Source of the DNA: Geosiphon pyriformis uo1
Lineage: Eukaryota > Fungi > Glomeromycota
DNA length: 64,000 bases
NCBI GenBank assembly: GCA_016748015.1
Contig: JAAOMT010000590.1
Coordinates: 801,912-865,911, forward strand
Reading direction: 5' to 3'
Below the pieces are notes generated by a model. The model was given only the letters and a program-made list of their open reading frames with translations. It was not told the origin of the DNA and ran no database searches. The translations under genes were made by a program, and so were the position numbers. This document shows, piece by piece, positions 12,650 to 26,072 of the stretch (the stretch's first letter is position 1; every line of letters begins with the position of its first letter).

Positions 12650-15200
12650 ATAAAAAAAAATACCTGTAAGCTGTTTTATATATTTCTGTAAAACTTTTAC
12701 AAATAACAATGACTATATTGAATTTTACAAGGTTTAATATTAAAAAAATGATTTTACTTTTTATTTCAAAAAAAAAGTTTAATTTAAAATAATTTATAAA
12801 TAATAATTTATAAAAAATAAAGATAATTATTATTTAATTTTAGCAAAAATGTTAACCAAAATTTTTTGTTATTTATTATCTGTATTTTTTAAGCAAATTA
12901 TATAATTAAAAAAGTTTTATTGTTTTTTAATTTTTTTATATTATTTATATATATTATATATTATAAGTTAAATTTTAAATTTATATATATATATAATTAT
13001 AATAATTAATATTAGTTTTAATTTTTTTACTGTTTTTTTAATATAATATAATATTTTTTTATTGTTGTTATTTATAAAAAATTATTACAAAAAATATAAA
13101 ATATTGAATTATATATTTTTAAAATTTAACAAATTTTAATTAATATGTAATTTTATTATTATTTATTACAATAGAATAATTTAATGTTTTAAAACAAATA
13201 TAATTTATATAAAATATATATATATATTATTAAATATAAGTTTAATTAAAATTAAACTATATTAAATTTAAAAATAATAATTTTAAAAAAAGTATTTTAT
13301 ATAATATATTATTATTATTTTACTATATTACTTAATTATTAATCAATATTTAATTTAATATTCAAAGTTTGTAATTTTTAAAAAACTATTATTTAAATAA
13401 ATATTATTTTATTAACAATATAATTTAAATTATTAATAATTTTTTTAAAAATAATAAAATTTTTTTTTATCTTAATATTTAAAAAAAAAACATTAATTAA
13501 CTTTGTAATCAAATAAAATTATTATTTTTATTTAAACAGTTAAATATTTTTAAATGTATATAAATTAAAGTTAATTATAATTAAATCTGATTTTTATAAT
13601 TATTATTAAATAAAACAATATATTAATATTATTATTAAAAATAAAAATTTATTTTATTAAATAAATTAAGGTAAAAAATTATTTTAATATTATAAATAAT
13701 GAAAAAATTAATATATTTATAAATAAATTATAAATTTAAAACTTTTATTGTTTATTAATATATAAAAAATATTTTTTAAAAATATTTGGTATTTTATAAA
13801 AAATTTGTTTGATTTAATAAATTTTATTGGTTAAAAAATTAATATATTATTAAGTATATTAATAAGTTTTAAGTTAAAAATTTTAATTTATATAAAAAAT
13901 ACTTTATCATAATATTTTTAAAAATAAGTTTATTAAATTATAATATTATAAGTTTTTTTACTTATTTTATAAATACTTTATACAAAAAAAATTTTATTAT
14001 TGTAAAAATAAATCTTGTAATTTTAGATATTTTAATATAATTATATTTATTATAATTTAAAAAAAAAATTTATTTATATTTTTTGTGTTTTTTTAAATTT
14101 GTTATAAAAAATACTATTATTAATAAATATTTTTATAAATAATTACAAGTTTTATTTATTTTTTAATTATTATATAATATTTTTTTTTAAGAGTTATATA
14201 TATATTTTTATTAAAAATTTTAATTTTAATTTATTTATAATATTTAGAAATATTATTAAAATTGTAAAAAAAAAGATTTAATTATTAATAATATGTTAAT
14301 TTTAGTTAATTTATAATTTAATAATATTTGGGTTTAAAATTTTGTATATATATAAAATTTTACTTAAAATTAACTTATTAGTTTTGATTTTATTATTAAT
14401 TTGTAATTGGTTTTTAATGTTTTTTTAAGTTTGTAAATGTTTTTAATATTTTTGTTAAATAATATGGTCTTAATTAACTTAAATAATTGAATATATATAA
14501 AAAAAACATGAATTATACTTATTTTAAAATCTTTTAGAATCTTTTATAATTGTATTATTATAAATAAATATAATTTTTAGTAAAAAGTTTTTTATAATAA
14601 ATTTTTCAAAATAAATTTAAATGAAAATTTGGAATTAAAATTAGTATTATTGTATATTTTAAAAATATTAATATAAGTATAAGAAATAAAGTTATATTTT
14701 ATTTAACATGTTGTGACAAAGTGAGATTTTTTTACTACCTAAAGCATAAAACATATATGTTTTACATTACGTGTAAATTATGCGCTTTTTGCATGTAACT
14801 AGTCACCTGAAAATAAAGTTATATAATTAATATTAACTAAATTTATTATTATTGGATTAATATTAAAATATATATTATAATTATAATATACTTATTATTA
14901 ATAATATAACTATTAATATATGTAAATTAAAATTAATAATTAGTAAATTTGTATTTAGAAATAAATATTGGTTAAATTATTAAAAATAAAAACTTTTTAA
15001 TAAATAAAATAAATAAATTACTAATTATATAATATATTAATATAATATGTAAAATTTAATAAAATATATTTAATTATTAACATTTTTAATTCATAAAAAT
15101 TATAAAAACCAATATCAATCTATGTTTGTTTGTTTGTTTGTTTGTATATATAAACTTTCTTATTTTTCAGTTAAATTTACCAATCAAGCTATATAAAATA
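12650..15200. mobile_element. Extremely AT-rich block of decayed TE relics
   Basis: Almost no C/G; a degenerate copy of the shared retroelement 3' tail near 14480-14530 (AATAATTGAATATATATAAAAAAAACATGAATTATACTTA). Confidence 0.6.
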
Positions 15201-15479
15201 AATTTTTTCACAAAAGATAAGTTTCTGAATTCATAATTTAAAAATAGGTTATAACATCATGAAAATTTGTATTTTTCTTAAGATATTTCAATATTTCACC
15301 AACTCTCGATTAACTTGCTGTTTATTTAAATTCCTAAAAGATTGATTGGCTGCTTATTAATTTTTAAAGTACGTTGTATTGGATTTTTTTTTGTTTTTTT
15401 AAAAAATAACTTGAAAAATCTAAAATTAAGTAGTAATTAATTAAATCACTTTATATCTTTTTTTCTTCTGATCAGTTAC

Positions 15480-18400
15480 AAATAAATTGAAAAGAATTTG
15501 ATGATTGTTGATATATTATAAAATCGGTGTTTAAAATAAAAGTATAAAAAAAATAAAATTATTTATTATTTTCAAAGTATTGCAAATTATAATTACGATA
15601 TTAAAGAAGGTTATTATTCAAAAAATATAATTGAAAAGGTAATTCTGTGAATGATTTTTCAGTTTTTCAGTTTTTCAGTTTTTCAGGTTGCAAGAAATTC
15701 TATTTTCCATTAATCTAATTTCGAAATAAATTTAATCAAATCTAATTCTGACGGAGATGAAAGAGTTCTTGTTCAAACAAAAAAAAAAATATCACCTACC
15801 AAAAAAGCATAAAATTTTTCGTCAACTTGAAAATGATTACAGGGAAAATTGTTTTAAAGACACTGCTACAACTTTCTATGGTACAGTATGAACTCTGAAA
15901 GTTTTCCCTTGCCAACTCAACCTTTAATTGTTTCATTAAATTCCTCCCCATCCAAATATCAGGTTATAATACAATTTATTCAACAAAGTTTCTGGGTCTT
16001 CAAGGTGAAAATGCAACAATCACGGTAATGAATTTTTTGAGATAAAATGCAAAATTTTTTCTACTTCCAAATATTAATTTTCCACCATTATCCTATTAGG
16101 TTCTGGTTGAGGATGAAAAATTTCAGGTCAAAGTTACCCAGTTAAAATCATCTTGTAATTTCCAAGGTAAAAAAATTTCTGGTCTTTTTTTTGTTGAAAC
16201 TATTGATTTTGATCAATTTCAATCCATTTTTTCTTATAGTCAGCGTAAAATGCTTGAATGCCCTCATACATCATGATCCAGCATTGAATTTTAAACAACT
16301 AGGAAAATCCATCTTCTCTTACAAAAATGGTCAAAATCTGGGGAACGGGGTCGAAATGTATATGGGTTATCATGCCACTGTTCATCCGGGCGAAGGTTTT
16401 ATTTCTATTCTATTCCGTTCCATACCAACCTTTTTTTCCTCCTCCCCATTACCTATCGATTAAACAAATAAACAAATAAGACACCTTCAACAATTTTCTA
16501 TTCTTCTTTCTAACGTTAAGATAATTTTTTTATAAACGTGAACACCACCTTCAAATCTTTTTACGAAGCGATACCTCTTCCACAATTTATTTCAAAGCTT
16601 CTCAACTTGCTAGGGCCACTCCCAAATCTATTCAATAGAGCTCAAACCGAAACAATCAACAGCGTGATACATCAGCTTAAAATTAAACCACCCATCGTTC
16701 GGCATCTTATCACATAAAAGAATTGTCACGAGAAAACACCCATAAGGCCTTAATTCCGATTAAAATCATCACTATTCCCACTTATTTCAAGATAAATATA
16801 AAATTAAGAGGTAAGTTTTGATTTAAAAATATCCTTTTCTAATTTTCTTGCTTCCTCTTTTTCTTATTTTCTTGTTTCTTCTTCTTCTTTTTATCATCTT
16901 TAAATTATATATATTAAGGGCCAAACATATCCCCCCAAGGGCAAGGAATTGAGTAAGAACTAAAGAGCTCAAATGATAAAGTTTTCGGCCTTGGGACCAA
17001 TGAAAAATAAACAGCTAATCCAGGAAGGGGTCAAAAATCTATTAAGATTTACTACAGACAAATGGTTGTCAGAATTTGGTACCAATTTTGACCAAAAATT
17101 CGCTCTTGTCCCAGGTAAATAACCATCTTTCATTTCTCGACTCGACTAAATGAACATTAATCTTGAATATTTCCCTCTCTATGTCACACTTTATTTCTGA
17201 ATGTCTTCAGATCGTGTGTTGAATGCCCCAACTATATCATACCACTCTCGGTCCAGGTGCTGATATTACTCAGTGGCCAAGGAAACGGTCAGGAGAAAAA
17301 GGTTGGTCTACAAATTGAGAATCATAAATCATCATGAATCTGTAACTTTCTCATTGATTTAATTATATTTCATCTTCAAAGTTCCTCCTTCGATCGTAGC
17401 GGTCGTGGGATCCTTGATCGTCAAGGTGGACAATATAGTGCAAAACTCCGTGCACAGGAATCGGAGACAGAACACATAGATCATATGAAAGATTGGTACT
17501 TGAGATTTTGAAGGTCTACAAACAGAAAAATGGATTACTTACAAGACGAATCTTGATGTTTAGGGATGGTATTTCGGATGGTCAATTTGACCCCGTTTTA
17601 AGAGAAGAATTAAGCGGGATTGAAGGTGACTTTTTGGACAGAAGCTAAAAAGTATCCCTCTTTCAAAACCGTTGATTATTAACGAATTTAACAGAGGCTT
17701 GCGACGCCCTTCTAAATGGATAGAAACCACCTATAACGTTCATCGTTGTCACCAAGCGCCATCACACAAGATTATACGGAAATAATTGCCAAAATAAAGA
17801 TAGGTATGTATAGTATGATCTGTCTTTGAATTTTATTTTCAACCTGAAAATTAACTGTCTGTGATTTATTTCAGGAAAGGAAATGTGCGCCCAGGGACAG
17901 TAGTGGATCGAAAAATGGTTCATCCATGGGCTCTTTGATTTTTGTATGTATGATAAATTAATCACACATATTCCAAAATTCTAGCCTTCTGGCCTTCCTC
18001 ATACTAAAATATGTATCTTAATTTTAAAAGACCTGGTATCTCATGCAAGCTTACAAGGAACATCACGGCCAGCACATTGTAATTATGACAATTTCATTGA
18101 ACTATCATATTTGACATGAGTTTTTATTTTTTAATCCAATTTATCGTTTACCGGCAGATTACGTGTTCCATGACGAGAATAATTTCACAGCTGATAGTAT
18201 TCAAAAACTCTGCTATAACCTTTGTTATAATTTTCAACGGTGAGACAATTGATTTCTTTCAAAAGTTTAAAGGCTTAATAGTTTTAATGATTTTTAATGA
18301 TTTTATTAGTGCTACTCGTTCTATATCTTTTGCTCCACCCGGATGTAAGTGCATAAACATTTCTTTTAAACACATGTTTTTCATATAGCAAATCTAATAT

Positions 18401-18663
18401 TTCAAGGCTTTATTCACTACCTAGATTATGCACATTTGGCTGCAAGAGAGCTCGGTATTCTTTTTTTATTTTTTATTTTTAAGCTTTTCCTTTCAAGAAT
18501 TATTTATTCATCCTCACTAAAACAATTGAACCTTATTTGCTATTATCATCAAAGCCTCCATCTTGAAACTTTTCCAAATAAAGATAATGCCCCAATTTTC
18601 CATAAAGTAAAGAAGTCTTTATGTAAAGATAAGCCTATATTATTTTTTTTTAAGAATGGTTAA
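15480..18663 (+). pseudogene. AGO: Argonaute pseudogene (N, L1, degraded PAZ/L2, PIWI; MID mostly deleted)
   Basis: ArgoL1-like LGKSIF..NLGNGVEMYMGYHATVHPG; L2 RVLNAPTISY; PIWI GADIT, PSIVAVVGS, RRILMFRDGISDGQF, PPITFIVVTKRHHTR, GNVRPGTVVD, YLVSHASLQGTSRPAH, DENNFTADSIQKLCYNLCY..RATRSISFAPP, YAHLAAR. Frameshifts near 17255, 17415, 17493 and an in-frame TAG near 17720. The 5' boundary is approximate. Confidence 0.9.
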
Positions 18664-19592
18664 GAATTAATGAATTTTTTATTTAGATTTTCCCCATATT
18701 TTTCTTGTAAAAACATGATTTTTGCAGATGATTTTAACCATACAAAAAATATTGAATTGATATAACACATGAATAAATTCCATTTTCATCTTATTATACA
18801 AATGTAATAATTTTTAAGGGATATCGAATTTATGGAGCACAGGTAATATGGTAGAGTTCATATTAAGCTGTAAATATTTATTTACTAGCAAAAAAATTTT
18901 TAATTGCAACTTTTTTATCAAAAAATTATGTTAAAACACAAGATATTACAAATAAAGTATCTTGAAAAAATCTAGGATTTGGCGAAATAAATTTCCCAGT
19001 TTTCAAGATTAATCATTTGAATATTTGTAAAGTGAATTTAGAGGGTATTAGTGCGTATTGAATTTATACGAAACTTCTTGTTCCGAAAAATTGGTAGCAT
19101 AAAACAAGTCCCATTTATTGATAAAACAGCTTGATGACTAAAATCTAATCAAGACAAGAACTATAGCCATTTTTGAGGATATTTCTCTGATTAAACGACA
19201 AATGAAACGTGTTATAATATTTCTTATATATTTTGTAATATTTCGACAGTTTTGAGATTTGATATGGATTCAAGAGTTTCAAAGTTGAAATATGATGATA
19301 ACGGGAAAACAGCTCATATATTTTATGAAATTTCGAGTAATTTCCTAACAGTTTAAATGAACCAAGGTTTATTTAAATTGAATTAAATTTAATGAATTAA
19401 TTTAACTTGAGTTTATTAGAAACTTTTTTTTTAAACCCATTTTATACATTTTACTTTGTAAATGACTATTTTGTGTATTGTAATTCATTCATTATTAAAT
19501 ATTTGGACTTATTTAAAATTGTGTAAGAAATCAAGTTATTCAATAAAGATTATTATTTTGATATAAAATCAACTTTTAAAAATAAATAAATG

Positions 19593-19627
<35 letters not shown>

Positions 19628-21549
19628 CAGACTCATGCTCAGACTCAGGCTCATGTACTTTTTATTTTATCATTAGAAACCATCATCAAAATAATCCATA
19701 AATTTTGAATTTAACAGAAAAAAAAAAAAAAAAGAGCCAGTCATACCAGCCTTTTTATATATTCCTTTAATCATTAATAAACCACATAACCGGAAAAAAA
19801 ATTGGTTTTTTTTCTGAAATTCGGGATTCTTAACAATTGTTCTTGATTTTCAATACTAAAAAATAGAAGAATACAATAATCAAAATTAATTCACACCCGG
19901 ATTACTTTTTACCAAAAAAAAAATTTTATAAATATTTAATTAAATGATTACAGAAAATGATTATAAACCGCAATATCAATATCAATATCGACAAAAGTAT
20001 TTTCATCAAAAACTTTATCAACCTTTAATAAAAATAAATCATAATTTGATAGCAAAAATCAAAGATCTCAAAGTTAATTACAAATCAAATCAAATTTATT
20101 AAAATTTAATTACGAATAAAATTACAAACAAATATATATCAACAAATTTTGTTTTTTCAATTTTTTTTTTAAATAAATTGGAATTTTTTATAATACTATA
20201 ATTACAAAAAACTGATAAATACGTTTGTATTTGATAGTTTTTTCAACGAGTTCGGTACCAGTTTTAATAATCAATACAAATTTATTAAAATAACTATTTT
20301 CAATTATAAAATCATCTTTTTTTTTTCTTTAAAAAAAAACCCCCCGAACTTTATTATTCTTCAATTAATGAACCAATTAAATTAAAAAATAATAAAACAG
20401 CAAATTTTTTTAATAATAACCGTTATTATCAGCTAGAAATTTAAACCAAAAACGTCATAAAATTGTTTTTTCTTTGTTTTTTTATAATTAATTTAAAATT
20501 ACAATTAACAGTTTAACATTTACATTAATTCCTTTAATTTTTTTAAATTATTATTTTTATTAATAGTTTAATTTTTAACAATTCACAAGTATAATTAAAT
20601 GTATTTATTAAATTACACAATATTCCTAGCTAAATTTTAAATGTTTTAAGCGAAATTTAATATAAGTTTGTTAAAAAATTGGCTAAAATTGATTTACAAT
20701 TTAAAATAATAGTAGAAACTATTATAAAACCAAAAATATTAAAATTCAAAATAATATAATTGAAAAATATAACTTGTTTTTTATAAATATTACTATTTAA
20801 AAAGTGTTTTTTAATTGTAAAAGCAGTTAAATAACATTTTGTAAAGTGTTTTTTTCTAAATTTTTTAAAACAAACCAATTTAAACTAATTTTATTTTTAA
20901 TTAAAAGTTTATTTTTCATTCAAAGTTTTTTTAAAGTAATACATTAAAACTAAGCTTAATGTTTTATCATTACTATAATAAGCCCAAAATTTTTAAAAAT
21001 AAGTCAGTAATAAAACTATTTTTTTCTATAATTGCTTCTTTTTTTGTTGTTTAAATAACTAAAAAATCAAAACAGCAAAAAACTGATTTTTTTTCTAAAT
21101 TTTGTGTTAAATTATAACAAAAAAGTTAAAAATAAAATTAATAAATCTTAAAAAAAAACAATAATATTTTATAAAATACTTAATATAATATAATTTTAAA
21201 TAAATTTAGTTAATTAATTATATAAAACATTATAAATTATATTATTTAGCAATAAATTAAAAACAAAGTTAATAAATATTTCAAAAAAATTCATATATGT
21301 TTTTGCTTTTAATAAATATATTTATTTATAGTGTGTTATTACTCTTTTTTAATGTAGTTTTTATAATAAAATCTTTATTTATTTATTATATTTGTAGGTT
21401 TTATACTTTAAATAATAACAACAATAATTAAATTATGAAAAATTTTATATATTATTAATATTAATATATATTATATAAAAAAAGCTTGAAAAAACAATGA
21501 AAAAAAAATTATTATTAAAAAAATTATGAAAAAAAAACATTTTATTAAA

Positions 21550-22400
21550 AAAATAAACAGAAAAAAAATAGATTAAAAAAGATAAAAAAACCTAAAAACA
21601 AATATAAATATTATAATAAAGATTTATTATAACTTTTTAAACAATTAATAACTTAATAACTTAATTATTAAAATATAAATAAAGTATAATATTAAATAAT
21701 ATATAAATTTAATTTAAACAAATTTTGAAATTTGAATTTAGGTAAATTAATTTTAAAATTAACAAAAAAAATATTATTATAAAATTTTAAAAAAACAATC
21801 ACTTTAGTATAAAATACAAATTTAATAAATTTACCAATAAAAATTTTAAGTACAATAAAAAATTAAAAAAAAATAATCAAAAAAAACAACAGATAACCAA
21901 AAACCAATTAATTTAAATTATAATACTAATATTTGAAAGTTTTTTTGGTCTTAAAACTAATAATAACAACCATTAATAACAATTAATATTAAAAGACTAA
22001 AAAATAAAAACAGTTTAATTATTAACTTAAAAAATCAAATTGTTAACTTTAAAAATTATATAGCCAAAAAAAAGATTAATTAATTTAATTTTAAATATAT
22101 TATAAAAAGCAATAAATTTTTTTAATTATTTTTTATTATTAAAATAAACTAGCAAACAAAAATAGGTTTAGAAAACTTAAAAATAACATATTATTATAAG
22201 TTAATAAGCTTTAATTTAATATTAAAATATTTTTAATTTTATTAAAAAAAATATTATACAAAATTACAATAATAAAAACAAAACAAAACCAAATATTACA
22301 AAATATTTTACAATATTAAAAAGAATAAAAAAAGAATTAAAAAGCTTAATTTAATTAACAAATATTTAAAAAAACTTGAAATATAAACTTTACAATAAAA
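21550..22400 (-). mobile_element. Degenerate minus-strand fragment of the ORF1-only retroelement family
   Basis: 22020-22065 is the reverse complement of the motif at 24540-24590 and 45498-45545. Confidence 0.45.
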
Positions 22401-23250
22401 AAGCTTAATATTGTTTTTAAAATATTAAGAAGTTTTTTTTTGGTGTTTTTAATATTTTTAATTTTTTAAGATATATTTTTTTTTATAAAAAATAAAGCTT
22501 TAATTTTTTCTGTTTTTTTTGGCTTTTTTAATAGTTTTATATTATTAGTATTAATTATAATATTCAATTTTATTGTGGTTATAAATGAGAAAAATCTTTT
22601 ATTTTTAATAATAACAATAAAAACACATTAATTAATTTTAATTTAAATTAATTTTTGACTAATATATTAATTTTTAACTGATTTTTACTAGTTTTAAAAG
22701 CAAAATAAAACATATTTTTACATATGTTTTTAATTAATTAACTTATTAAGTTATTTAATTTTAAAAATTAAACTAATTAAATAAAAACTAAATTAATTGT
22801 TTTTTTTTGTTTTTTAATACTGTTTTTAATAATATCTAAAAAACAATTTTTAATTATTAAAAATTTTTTGAATAAGTAATCTCTATTTTGATATTTAATA
22901 TTATTTTTAAAATAAAATTGGTCTTTATTAAAGCTTTGTTTTATTTATTGTTTGGTTTTATTAAATTTAAATTAATTTTTAAAAACAATATTAAATTGTT
23001 TGATATTAATTTTGTTTTTGTTATATTTTATAATATTTCTTTCAACATATTTTTTAATAATATTAAAATTACTTTTAATGTTTTTGGTGTTATTATTTTG
23101 GTTAAGTTAAAATCTATTAACTTGTAATAATATAAAATTGTTTAATTTAAAAACTTTTTTTTTGTTGTTGCTATTTTTATTAACTAATATTATAATTATA
23201 AAATTATAGATTTTAGCATTTTTTTTTAAACAATAATAATTTTAGTTAAT
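22400..23250 (+). mobile_element. Degenerate fragment of the ORF1-like retroelement family
   Basis: Aligns by eye with 44700-45420 (AATGAGAAAAATCTTTTATTTTTAATAATAACAAT vs AATGAAAAAAAACTTCTTATTTTGAATAATAACAAT) and with 23900-24400. Confidence 0.6.
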
Positions 23251-25545
23251 AATATAAATAGTAAATTATTTTTTGTCTTCTTAATTTTATGATTATAATT
23301 AGAGCAAAAAGTAAAAAAGCTGTAATTAGTACTTTTTTTTTGGTATTTTACAAAATTTTAACCAGAAAAGTTCTTTCTGTTATAAAAGCAGTTAGGCAAA
23401 ATGTTTTAGAAGTTTTTTTCTTATTTAATAATTGTAAAAAGCTGTTTTTAATAACTATTAAAACATTTTTTTTATCTTTGGCTGGTTTTTTACCAATTAA
23501 AATTTTCTCAAAAAGACACATTTGGGTTAGTTCTAGTATTGTCTCTATTTTATTTAAGAGCTTAAAAGTTTTTAATAACAAATTAGTTAACAAGCTGGTC
23601 TTTCTTTTTATAGTTTTTATACTTGGTATTGCTAGTATCATCTCTTTAAAAAATATGGTTAAAAAAACCAAAGATTCAAAAAAGTAGAAACAGTTACTTA
23701 TTTTTGCTATTATTATACCAAACTCTTTTGTGGTTTTTAATAAAATCTTAGATAAAATCTCTGTTATATTATTTAGCATATTGTCTAAAATAAACCAAGA
23801 TTAATTACTAACTATATTGCCAAATATAGTGTTCTTTAGCAGATTATTGTCAATTTTAAAAGCAAAGCAATTATTTTCTGTAGAGTTACCTGTTTTTAAA
23901 AACTGGCTAACTAAATAAAAACTAAATTATCTTTTTTGTTGGTTTTTAGTGCTGTCAATAGTGGTGCTTGAAAAACTATTTCTAGTTATTAAAGATTTAT
24001 TGAATAAATAGTCTCCACTTTAATATTTGGTACTACTTTTAAGATCAAATTAGCTTATATTAAGACTGTTTTTTAGTCTGTGCATAGTTTTTTAGATATA
24101 AAATCAGTGTTTAAAGACAAATAAAACTTTTTTGCATGAAGTTTGCTTTTCAAAAGTCTTTAAAAACTGCTTTTTTGGTTAAGCTTGCAAGCTTTGTTTA
24201 TTTAACCACTCTTAAAATTGCTAAGTTTTTGGTAATTTCTGAGTTTGGTTTCTTTTTTGCTGCTATTATGCTGTGTAATATGCTTTTGAGTGTATTTGCT
24301 ATTAATATTAAAACAGTTCTTAATGTGTTTGATAAGATTGTTTATATAATATTGAAGCTTATTAGCATTTGGCAATATATAATTGTTTATTTCAAAAAAC
24401 TGGACTCTGCTATATCTGCTTTATATTATTGATTAGTTTTGGTAAGTAAAAATAATATTAGAATCTTCTCTTTAATGAATTAAAATAAGACTATTATATT
24501 TTATAATAGGTTTAAGGCCAAGTTAATTAACTTTTTTTCTGGCTGTACTGCTTTTAAAATCAGTAATATAATTTTTCAAGTTAATGATTAAACATATTTT
24601 ATTTCTTACTCTTTTAATTCTGGTCATTGTTTTCAGTTTGCTCTGATTACATTTGAATCTCAAATAAATTTGAATACTACTATAAGCAAAACTAGTACAT
24701 TAAAAAAAAGCTACATCTGGTGAGAAATCGCTGATTGTTGACACTATTTTAAATATTAAGAAATAAATCATTTGGCTATAAATTATAAGATGTTTTCATT
24801 TTTCTCTCCCAAAGCTTCCAAAGTGTTTACATCACATTTTGTGAGTTTTAAGTCCTATGTCAAAGCTTCTGCTCTTTTGAGTTTTTCTGAGTTTCTATCT
24901 TTAACAATTTTTGTTCTTTTTTTAGCTATTATTAATAACTTTTTAATGCTGTTTTAGTTGTCTTCTTTGGAATTTGATCTGACCAAACTTTTTGTATTGA
25001 TTGAGTTAATTATTAAGCCTATTAGCTTTTTAGTTAATATATTTGAATAGTTTATTAATAATAATTTGGTTTTAAGTAGTATTCTTAGTCTTAAAATTAA
25101 TAAACTTATAATTTATCTGGATTTTTTTAACAAAATTGTTGGTAAGTTGAAAAGAGAAGTTGTTTTATTAAAAAAAAAGTGCTGTATAGATAATGTTAAC
25201 ATGTTTGATAATTCAAATCTTCCAATTGGCATTGATAATAATATATTTTTTAATTTGATATCTCTTTAAACACATAAGTTTAATAGTATTAAAACTAATT
25301 TCTTAAAGATGGCTAAATTGCTAGTTAAATTAATCTTTTATAATATTAGATTATTTAATGTAGTTCAAAAGATGTTGGCTTTAAATAAGTTTATTTCTGT
25401 TGTAACAATATAGCATAGTCTAAACTAATTTAAATAGTTAGTTATATATATAAAGAGCATGAACTATACTTAGTTTAAAATACTTAATTTGTTCAAAAAT
25501 ACTAGATAATAGTTAGATTATGCTTATTAAACTTAATAAAAAAAA
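23250..25545 (+). mobile_element. ORF1-only non-LTR element relic (gag-like ORF with zinc-knuckle relic, then shared LINE-type 3' tail and A-rich end)
   Basis: Mutated reading frame with a knuckle relic near 24745-24790 and a coiled-coil-like end (NKIVGKLKREVVLLKKKC). It is followed directly by a tail (25425-25545) homologous to the 3' UTR of the LINE at 49297-49430; no EN/RT remnants seen. Confidence 0.65.
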
Positions 25546-26072
25546 TATATATAAATATTATATATTATAACTGTTTTAATTATAATATAAGTATAATTGT
25601 ATAGATTTATTTTACAATATACAAAAAAAAATTATAAATAATAATTATAAAATAAAAAATTATAAAGTTATTATTATTTGTTTTTGAATAAAAATTAGCT
25701 TAATAAAGTTTTAAAAAAAATTATTCAAATTTATATTTAGAACATAAAAAGTAATATAAATTAATAAAAAGCAGTCAAATTATTCTATTAAAATTATATT
25801 ATAATTCTTTTAATTAATTATTAAAAAAAAATAGTTTTTAAATACTTAATTTAAAAATAAAGTTATAAAAATTATTAAAAGTCATAAAAATAGTAATATA
25901 AATAGAAAATAATATTATTTAAATATTTAATTAATATGTTTTAATGTAGAATTTTCAAATAATATTTTTATTTTTATTTAACAAAGTTATAATAAAAGTA
26001 ATTTTTTATAAAATAGTATAAAATAACATAATCAATGCTGATTACTTATAAAAAATAAGTATATATATAATA

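Noticed and set aside
12650-15200. Organellar insertion or centromere explanation for the AT-rich DNA
   Set aside because: No organellar genes, tRNAs or rRNAs; recognisable TE tails are present and such blocks are interspersed between ordinary genes.
20657-25269. K/F/I/L/N-rich ORFs in AT-rich blocks as genes (also 34793, 41766, 43908, 56892)
   Set aside because: Compositional artefacts or pieces of mutated TE frames; no independent protein signature.
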